Shown here: in pieces, positions 25,705-32,000 of the stretch
Position numbering within the stretch: position 1 is the first letter of the stretch
How the letters are laid out: every line of letters begins with the position of its first letter
NCBI RefSeq assembly: GCF_008000775.2
Contig: NZ_CP042905.2
Location: 1,950,001 to 1,982,000 of the forward strand
Direction: 5' to 3'
DNA: 32,000 nt
Source of the DNA: Promethearchaeum syntrophicum
GTDB lineage: Archaea > Asgardarchaeota > Lokiarchaeia > Sigyniarchaeales > Promethearchaeaceae
Notes under the pieces: model-generated
What the model was told of the DNA's origin: nothing
Database searches by the model: none
Seen by the model: only the letters and a program-made list of their open reading frames with translations
Position numbers and translations under genes: made by a program

Positions 25705-27510
25705 TTATAAGAGTCTATGGCCATCTTTTGTTTTAACGGCAAATTTCTCAACCATCTTTAACAAGACAGAATCATTACTCGGAACAGAACCTTCTAATAT
25801 TTTAAAAACTTCATAATTTGCTTCGTTAAGAAGCCTATCAATTTCATCCTCAGATAATTGTTTTCGATCATCTCGATATTGATAAGCAATTTCAAATTTA
25901 TTTCTTTTATAGTAATTATAAAGTAAATCGACCTTCTCTTCAATAAACAATTCCTTTTCAGCTTTTTTGATATGTTGAAATGACGCTATATAGCTACCCA
26001 TATCTTCATACCATTCTTTTTCTAAATCCTCGTTCACTGTCAAGTTATACCATATATTTCCTTCATCTAAATAATATCCTGATCCCCAATATGTCATGGT
26101 TTTATGAACCTCTTGGGATATGCAATCTCTTAATAATTGCATTCCTTTAGATGAGAGTTCAAATTTGTTTTTATGTCCTGCATGTACAGCTATATAAATC
26201 AAAGTTAGCATTTTTTGAAGTTTTGAACGGGATAATCCTAAGAAATTAGTTATAGTAGTGTTATAAATCGATAAATCACATTCATCTATTATTTCAGGAA
26301 ATCCTTCAAATGAATAAATTAGGGATTTTTCAATTCTGAGAGTTGAAAAAATATTACTCAAACCTTCAAAAGAATGAATTTCACACTTTAAAATATCTAT
26401 TTTTAAGTTTCCTCCTATTTCTATTGGAAATCCTACAAAACTCGATATTTTGCAGTATTCAAACTGAAATCTAGTCAAATAGGGCATTTTTTGAGCTAAA
26501 CCGGTTAAATTTTCAAAAAACCTACCAGAAATTTTTAAAATATTCAGACTAGGTAAATTAGGAAATTTATTTATCTGGATGAAATATTTTGGTTTTATAG
26601 GAAGAGCTATTGAAGGATGAAAGGATGAACCAATATAGATTTTTTTTATGTTTGGAAGAATCTTGGATAACGTATCAAAGTCTTGAACTTTACCACTTAT
26701 TTCTAGTAATTCTAATCTATCTAAATTTTTTGGGAATTTATCTAGTGATCGCAGTGATACTCTAAATTCAGATAAGGATGGGAGGGGTTGATCTAACCAA
26801 CCAAGATTTCCAATACTATTTCTGGAAATGTCGAGATATTCCAAATGATTTAGGTTACGGGGTAAAAATTTTAAAGATCTGATTTTTGAAGAGCGAATTA
26901 CCAGTTTTCTTAATTTGGGTATTTTTTTAGGAAAAAATTTTAAACTTCTTATTTTTAAATAATTATATTCTCCTTCAAATATCAATTGTTCTAACTCAGG
27001 AAATTCTTCACATATGTATTCAAGAGAATTTAGAGCCGAATTAGTGATTGTGAGTTTTTTTAACTTGGGTAATTTTTTTGGAAAATGTTTAAAGGATTTT
27101 ATATTAGAAGAACCAATTTTTAGTTCTCTTAGCTCCGGTAAGATTGTGGGAAAATTCAAAAAGGTATTAAAATATTGACATTCTATAATAAAACTTTTTA
27201 AATTGGGAAAAACGAATTGATTTCCAAACAAATTATCTGATTTATTTCTTTCAGGAAAAAAGCGATCTAATGTGGTTTGATTTTGATAATCAAAGGATTT
27301 TAATTCCCAGCTTTTAATTTCTAGATGCTCTAAATTGAGAAGTGGACTAGGGAAGTATTTTAGAGTTTTCAATTTTCTGCAATCTAGTATAAAAGATCGC
27401 AAATTTGGCATTCTTGAGGGAAATCCTTCTAAAGTTTCGATTTCTTTATTTTCAAAGATTAATTTTTCAACATCGGAAGGAATTTCATTTATGTCCTTTA
27501 CATACACCAT
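25705..27510 (-). CDS. Leucine-rich repeat (LRR) protein with unknown C-terminal domain
   Basis: About 16-18 repeats of 22-25 aa of the form L-x-x-L-x-I-x-x-S-x-I-x-S-L-x-x-F-P-x-x-L-P-x-L across residues 15-427 (for example NIKSFKHFPKKLPKLKKLTITNSALNSL, KIRSLKFFPKKIPKLRKLVIRSSKIRSL). The last 170 aa or so are non-repetitive. No signal peptide or TM helix is evident. Confidence 0.85.
   Translation of the reverse strand: MVYVKDINEIPSDVEKLIFENKEIETLEGFPSRMPNLRSFILDCRKLKTLKYFPSPLLNLEHLEIKSWELKSFDYQNQTTLDRFFPERNKSDNLFGNQFVFPNLKSFIIECQYFNTFLNFPTILPELRELKIGSSNIKSFKHFPKKLPKLKKLTITNSALNSLEYICEEFPELEQLIFEGEYNYLKIRSLKFFPKKIPKLRKLVIRSSKIRSLKFLPRNLNHLEYLDISRNSIGNLGWLDQPLPSLSEFRVSLRSLDKFPKNLDRLELLEISGKVQDFDTLSKILPNIKKIYIGSSFHPSIALPIKPKYFIQINKFPNLPSLNILKISGRFFENLTGLAQKMPYLTRFQFEYCKISSFVGFPIEIGGNLKIDILKCEIHSFEGLSNIFSTLRIEKSLIYSFEGFPEIIDECDLSIYNTTITNFLGLSRSKLQKMLTLIYIAVHAGHKNKFELSSKGMQLLRDCISQEVHKTMTYWGSGYYLDEGNIWYNLTVNEDLEKEWYEDMGSYIASFQHIKKAEKELFIEEKVDLLYNYYKRNKFEIAYQYRDDRKQLSEDEIDRLLNEANYEVFKILEGSVPSNDSVLLKMVEKFAVKTKDGHRLL
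26230..27468 (-). repeat. Intragenic tandem LRR-coding repeat array
   Basis: DNA-level echoes, for example 27084-27052 (FPKKLPKLKKL) and 26934-26902 (FPKKIPKLRKL), lie 150 nt (two LRR units) apart. Confidence 0.7.
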
Positions 27511-27824
27511 ATTTTTTTTCCTTTGAATTTTTGATACAATGAAATATCTATAACGAAATATTTAAAGTTAACATTAGGAAATTGATTGAAAAATTTTTTA
27601 ATTATTGGTGGTAACCGCTTGGAAAAATCATAGGTCTTAAAATTAAACTAGGTATTACATTTAATCTTCTTATATTTATACAACGAGAGCAAGTGTTGGT
27701 TTAAATCTTCCGCATAAGGTTGTGTTTCTTAGATTTTTTTCTTTTGCATTCTTTTAAGATCGGGTATAGAAAACACTGATTGATATTCGGCAAATATTGA
27801 AATTCCAATTAATAGAGATTTTAA

Positions 27825-28526
27825 ATGTTATTGGAGTATAATATAATTGTAATGGTTGATAAAAAGAAGAAAAAAACCTCTGAAGATGAAGATAATCCTT
27901 TTGGAGATGAATTTTTTAAGATATTGAATGATCAAATGCGGAAGATTTTTGAGACACAGTTTCCAGGAGTAATGCCTCCGAATTTTGATGCAAATAATAA
28001 GGTTTTTCAGAAGATGTTCTATGAAATCTTGAAAAAAATGAATATGGATCCTGAAATGATCAAAAATATGGACCCTAAAGATCTTCAAGACATGTTAAAG
28101 AAGAATCCTATGGCTTTTGGAAGCCCATATGTTTTTGGTATGAATATGCGGATTTCTCCTGATGGAAAACCTGTTATGGATAGCTTTGGTAGTACTCAAC
28201 CAAAAGCAAAGGATTCAGAGGAATTCAAAAGTGAAAGAGATCCTATGGTTGATATTTATGAAGAAGAGGGTAATATCATAGTTGTTTGTGAGGTTCCTGG
28301 AGTCACAAAATCTCAAATTGAATTAAAGGCGTCTCCTAATGAACTTGAAATATTAGCTGAAGCATCCGAAAAAGGACACCACCAAAGGAAATATCATAAA
28401 ATTATCGCGCTTCCTGCAGAAATAAATCCCGACGTAGCAAAAGCGAGATACATGAACGGAATTTTGGAAGTGAAACTTGAGAAAATTGAGCAAAAGTCCT
28501 CAAAGAAGAAAATCGATATTGAATAA
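27825..28526 (+). CDS. hsp20: Small heat-shock protein (Hsp20/alpha-crystallin family) with long Met/Pro/Lys-rich N-terminal region
   Basis: Alpha-crystallin domain: DPMVDIYEEEGNIIVVCEVPGVTKSQIELKASPNELEILAE...RKYHKIIALPAEINPDVAKARYMNGILEVKLEK. The alternative in-frame ATG 27852 (MVDKKKK) sits about 27-30 nt after a TTTTAAAT element and may be the true start. Confidence 0.85.
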   Translation: MLLEYNIIVMVDKKKKKTSEDEDNPFGDEFFKILNDQMRKIFETQFPGVMPPNFDANNKVFQKMFYEILKKMNMDPEMIKNMDPKDLQDMLKKNPMAFGSPYVFGMNMRISPDGKPVMDSFGSTQPKAKDSEEFKSERDPMVDIYEEEGNIIVVCEVPGVTKSQIELKASPNELEILAEASEKGHHQRKYHKIIALPAEINPDVAKARYMNGILEVKLEKIEQKSSKKKIDIE

Positions 28527-28537
28527 TAAAAGTGGTT

Positions 28538-28981
28538 TTATTTTTTTCCCGCCAAAGGATTCTGAGCATTATTTAATATTATACTCGCTAACTCCTTTTT
28601 TAAACGAAAATATTCTGCTAATGCCTCTTCTTTAGACATTCTGGGATATCTCCTTTTGAGAGCAGGATCTCTTCTATTACATCCGCTTTTCCTCATACAA
28701 CAATAAGCTAATGAACCAAAACAACATCCATCATCAAACCATTTATGTTTTTCCGAGAATTTTTCCTTTATATTAATAAATTCATGGGCACTCATTCCAA
28801 TTTCTTTAAGTTTTGTATCCCTGAGACATTTATAGCCGAATGTCAGCGAAGATCCAGGTTTACAACAAAATGTTAATGCTCGAAGATCTCCGCCCATACA
28901 AATTGGAACAGGGGCATTTTCCCAAGATGGAACGTTTCTTAAGAAATTTTTATTGATATTTTGGTTTGTAATGGAATTCAT
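28538..28981 (-). CDS. Cysteine-rich hypothetical protein (putative metal/Fe-S binding)
   Basis: Nine Cys, including three vicinal CC pairs (FCCKPG, GCCFG, YCCMRKSGC). ATG at 28981 (the track start 28990 is TTG). No family confidently recognised. Confidence 0.55.
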   Translation of the reverse strand: MNSITNQNINKNFLRNVPSWENAPVPICMGGDLRALTFCCKPGSSLTFGYKCLRDTKLKEIGMSAHEFINIKEKFSEKHKWFDDGCCFGSLAYCCMRKSGCNRRDPALKRRYPRMSKEEALAEYFRLKKELASIILNNAQNPLAGKK

Positions 28982-29059
28982 ACCTTTCAAATATTGAAAA
29001 TTAGTTATTACAGTTAAATTCTATTAGTTTTTATATATCTATAATACTATAACTTATAT

Positions 29060-29263
29060 ATGCCTACCACAATACAGATAAAAAAAACAACACTGACTAA
29101 ATTGAAAAAACTAAAAGAGGAAAAAAATGTGAATAGTTATGATGAAGTTATTGAGGCATTGATTCAAAATGAATTAAACTTACCCAAAAGTCTCCTTGGT
29201 TTTATGAAACATGGAACAAGTTCATTCACGCGAGATATTGAGGACAAAGATCATGAATTATAA
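29060..29263 (+). CDS. vapB: VapB-type antitoxin (small archaeal RHH-like antitoxin)
   Basis: 67 aa. MPTTIQIKKTTLTKLKKLKEEKNVNSYDEVIEALI matches the pattern of archaeal VapB-like antitoxins (strand, helix, SfsdvI.eLl). It overlaps the downstream PIN gene by 11 nt. Confidence 0.6.
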   Translation: MPTTIQIKKTTLTKLKKLKEEKNVNSYDEVIEALIQNELNLPKSLLGFMKHGTSSFTRDIEDKDHEL

Positions 29264-29720
29264 GTACGTTCTAGATTCATTTGCTTGGGTTGAGTATGCA
29301 ATAGGTTCTAATATGGGTGAATTTGTGGAATTTTTGTTAAATAATGCAGATTGTTTTACTCCGACAATTGTTATTGCTGAATTATCAGATAAGTTTCATC
29401 GAGAAAATCAATTGAAAGATTGGATGCTTTTATATAAATTTATCAAAAATGCTACTCAGACCATACCTCTTAGTGATAATCTTGCTTTTCAAAGTGGACA
29501 ACAAAAAACAAAACTCAGAGAAAATCAACACACCGGAGAAAAAAAAATTGGACTTGCAGATGCAATTATCTATCAAACATCTTTAAATCAAGAAGCAAAA
29601 TTAGTAAGTGGGGATGACCACTTTAGAAATATAAAAAATGTACTCTATTTAAAGAATATGGCAAAAATAAAACAAGAAATGAAAAAAATCAAAGAATTTA
29701 AGCTAAGGAATAATCATTAA
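29253..29720 (+). CDS. vapC: PIN-domain ribonuclease toxin VapC
   Basis: Four conserved acidic positions in PIN order: YVLDSFAW (D), VIAELSDKF (E), GLADAIIYQTS (D), LVSGDDHF (D). The start is taken at ATG 29253 (MNYKYVLDS). The track start 29211 would lie deep inside vapB. Confidence 0.8.
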   Translation: MNYKYVLDSFAWVEYAIGSNMGEFVEFLLNNADCFTPTIVIAELSDKFHRENQLKDWMLLYKFIKNATQTIPLSDNLAFQSGQQKTKLRENQHTGEKKIGLADAIIYQTSLNQEAKLVSGDDHFRNIKNVLYLKNMAKIKQEMKKIKEFKLRNNH

Positions 29721-29757
29721 ATATTTTAAAAAACACTCAAAAAAATTTTTTTTTGGA

Positions 29758-29776
29758 TTTTTTATTAAAGTTATAA
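29758..29776 (+). promoter_or_regulatory. Candidate TATA-like element upstream of the AOR gene
   Basis: TTTTTATTAAAGTTATAAG is centred about 33 nt before ATG 29800. A T9 tract (29746-29754) just upstream could terminate vapBC. Confidence 0.3.
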
Positions 29777-29799
29777 GTTCCCAAAAGGAATTTATTTTT

Positions 29800-31512
29800 A
29801 TGGTTAAAATAGTTCGAATTAATTTAGAAACTAAGAAAATTGAAATTGAACCCATTGAAAGAGGGCATCTATATGAATTCTATGGTGGACGATCTCTTTC
29901 TGCAAAAATTATGTTAGATGAAGTCGATCCGAAAGTAGATCCGTTATCAAAAGAGAACAAATTAATATTTGCTTCGGGGTTATTGGGTGGCACATTTGCT
30001 CCAAATTCAGGTAGATTTTCTATTGGTAGTAAAAGCCCACTTACAAGAGGTATAAAAGAAGCTAATGTTGGGGGACTTGCTCCCACGCTTTTATGTAAGA
30101 CTGGCATAAAAGCAATTATTTTTGAGGGAAAAGCATCCAATTGGCAGTTATTGAAAATCGAAGATGAGAAAATCGAATTAATTAATGCCGACCCTTATAT
30201 TGGAATGAATAATTATGAATTAGATTTAGAACTTTCTAAGCGATATGAAGGCAAAATTGGTGTTTTTAGTATCGGAATTGCAGGAGAGAAGCAATTAAAA
30301 GCTGCTTCAATTGCTTCCATGGATCTTGAAGGATATCCTTCACGTCATGCAGGAAGAGGAGGTTTAGGGGCTGTAATGGGATCAAAAAAGTTGAAAGCGG
30401 TAGTCATAATTCAACCGAAAAAAAACCAAATTAGTTATCATGATAAAAAATCTTTCCAACAAGTTGCATTAAAATGGGGAAAACACCTTCAAGAAACTAA
30501 AAAAGGATTCTCCAAATTTGGAACGTTAATGGGATTAATGACGATGGATAGTGTACATGGTCTACCAACTCAGAATTTCCGAAGCGGCTCTTTTAAAGAT
30601 GCAGAAAAAATCTCAGGGGAAGCTTTACACGAATATCTATTGCAAAATAATGGAAAATTTAGTGTTTCTTGTAGCCCGGGATGCATGATTCGGTGTTCTA
30701 ATATCGTTTTTGATAAGAAAGGAAACCATATCACATCTAGTTTAGAGTATGAAACTGTTGCACTAAATGGTTCAAATTTACTAATTAATGATATCGAAAA
30801 ACTTGCAATTATTGATCATATTTGCGATGATTTAGGTTTGGATACAATTGAAGTTGGAAACACATTAGCCGTTTTTATGGAGACCGGAATTATTAAATGG
30901 GGTGATGCAGATGGTTGTATTGCTTTACTTAAACAAATAAACAACGAGGATAAAAATGCTTTACTTCTTGGAGATGGTGCTGTTGCAGCAGGATCCGCAT
31001 TTAATGTTACACGTGTTGCACAAGTTAAAGGTCAAGGGCTACCTGGGTATGATCCTCGTACATTTAAAGGAATGGGAGTTACTTTTTTAACAAGTCCAAT
31101 GGGGGCAGATCATACAGCGGGAGCTGCAATTGTCAGTCGAACTCCTGATTCGGACCTTGATTACGGAAAGCTTCATACTCCTAAAAATAAGGTAGAATTG
31201 TCAAAAAAATTGCAAATTTTTACGATGATTCTTGATTCTATGGGACAGTGCTATTTTATCGGACCCCATATTAAAAATATGCCAAAAATTGCTGAAATGC
31301 TAAATGCTCGATTTGGATGGAACTTAAGCACAGAAGATTTAATAGATATGGGAAAAAAATGGCTGGTTATTGAACGCGATTTCAATGTCAAGGCTGGTTT
31401 AGGTGCTACGGATAATTTCCCTGCGTTTATTCAAGAAGAAACTCTTCAAGATCTACCAAATAGATCATGGGACATTGAACCAAAAGAAATATTATCCTTT
31501 TGGGAAAAATAA
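29800..31512 (+). CDS. aor: Aldehyde:ferredoxin oxidoreductase family (tungstopterin, [4Fe-4S]) enzyme
   Basis: N-terminus VRINLETKKIEIEPIE...YGGRSLSAKIMLDEVDP...DPLSKENKLIFASGLLGG. Pterin-binding DxxGxD/C motifs CDDLGLDTIE and LDSMGQCYF. Cys cluster SCSPGCMIRC. GLPGYDPRTFKGMGVTFLTSPMGADHTAG. Confidence 0.9.
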   Translation: MVKIVRINLETKKIEIEPIERGHLYEFYGGRSLSAKIMLDEVDPKVDPLSKENKLIFASGLLGGTFAPNSGRFSIGSKSPLTRGIKEANVGGLAPTLLCKTGIKAIIFEGKASNWQLLKIEDEKIELINADPYIGMNNYELDLELSKRYEGKIGVFSIGIAGEKQLKAASIASMDLEGYPSRHAGRGGLGAVMGSKKLKAVVIIQPKKNQISYHDKKSFQQVALKWGKHLQETKKGFSKFGTLMGLMTMDSVHGLPTQNFRSGSFKDAEKISGEALHEYLLQNNGKFSVSCSPGCMIRCSNIVFDKKGNHITSSLEYETVALNGSNLLINDIEKLAIIDHICDDLGLDTIEVGNTLAVFMETGIIKWGDADGCIALLKQINNEDKNALLLGDGAVAAGSAFNVTRVAQVKGQGLPGYDPRTFKGMGVTFLTSPMGADHTAGAAIVSRTPDSDLDYGKLHTPKNKVELSKKLQIFTMILDSMGQCYFIGPHIKNMPKIAEMLNARFGWNLSTEDLIDMGKKWLVIERDFNVKAGLGATDNFPAFIQEETLQDLPNRSWDIEPKEILSFWEK

Positions 31513-31566
31513 TCACACAATGTTTTTAGAGAAATATATTTAAGTATATCATCCGAAATATATTAT

Positions 31567-32000
31567 ATGGCCACAACCGTCTTTTTACAAGTCTATTTGA
31601 TATATGGTTTGATTTTTATAATGTTTTCTTACTTTGCGATTAAAGCGTTGATTAGAACACGCAATAGGATATCGATTACTTTGTCTCTTGTTTTCATAAT
31701 TCCTGCTTTGGGAATATTGACAAATATTTTATATAGAGCTATTGATACCTACCAGTTTAATTTAATTGGAAATAAAATCACAATCATTTTATCTTGTTTG
31801 GGATTAATAAATATTTATTTCTTCGTTGAACTCGTTAGCAAATCACAAGCTAGTTTTCCAATATGGAAGCAAATCTTAATATTTGTAATCTATGCTGTAT
31901 TATTATCCGTTTTATTCTTTATACCAAACGGAGTTGAGTTTGAATACAATGGTGTTCCGGGAATAGATGGATATAATAATCGGGATACCATTGATTTAGA
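31567..32000 (+). CDS. Hypothetical membrane protein (partial, runs off right edge)
   Basis: ATG 31567, then 144 open codons to the window end (MATTVFLQVYLIYGLIFIMFSYFAIKALIRTRN...), with at least 4 hydrophobic helices. Not in the track because no stop lies inside the window. Confidence 0.5.
   Translation, partial: MATTVFLQVYLIYGLIFIMFSYFAIKALIRTRNRISITLSLVFIIPALGILTNILYRAIDTYQFNLIGNKITIILSCLGLINIYFFVELVSKSQASFPIWKQILIFVIYAVLLSVLFFIPNGVEFEYNGVPGIDGYNNRDTIDL

Noticed and set aside
27722-27776. Imperfect inverted repeat GTGTTTCT ... AGAAAACAC upstream of hsp20 as a heat-shock operator
   Set aside because: Only 8 nt, with an indel and a spacer of about 38 nt. This is too weak in AT-rich DNA to call a regulatory site.
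29211-29252. Longer VapC ORF start inside vapB
   Set aside because: PIN domains begin with the strand carrying the first Asp (YVLDS), a few residues after the start. ATG 29253 gives the classic short TA overlap.
1-32000. Search for CRISPR arrays, tRNA/rRNA genes, transposases, integrases or terminal inverted repeats
   Set aside because: I saw no regularly spaced repeats, no GC-rich structured RNA-like islands in intergenic regions, and no ORF with transposase or integrase motifs. A covariance-model scan (tRNAscan-SE, Infernal) would be needed to exclude small ncRNAs.

Overview
AT-rich (roughly 30% GC by eye), densely coding, intron-free archaeal-style chromosome segment. I call 25 protein genes, two of them truncated by the window edges. 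I found no rRNA, tRNA, CRISPR array or transposase. The content points to an Asgard (Lokiarchaeia-like) genome: a Roadblock/LC7 domain fused to a Rab-like small GTPase, a longin-like small protein, a large leucine-rich-repeat (LRR) protein, an archaeal AbrB-PhoU regulator and a tungsten-type aldehyde:ferredoxin oxidoreductase. Housekeeping or accessory enzymes are a CN-hydrolase, a GH36 alpha-galactosidase-like enzyme, a PAP2 phosphatase, a thiolase, a FadH-like flavoenzyme, a CDP-alcohol phosphatidyltransferase, a MacB/FtsX-type ABC pair, Hsp20 and a VapBC toxin-antitoxin pair. The most interesting region is a 10-kb run of seven co-directional minus-strand genes (27510 down to 17125): LRR protein, ORC/Cdc6-like P-loop ATPase, a GH2-like protein with both catalytic glutamates replaced, the Roadblock-GTPase fusion, an unknown beta-rich protein translationally coupled to a winged-helix protein, and an AbrB-PhoU regulator. 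I propose, as inference only, that the core of this run is an uncharacterised GTPase-based (possibly glycan or nutrient) sensing module. All domain calls come from motif reading by eye. No searches were run.
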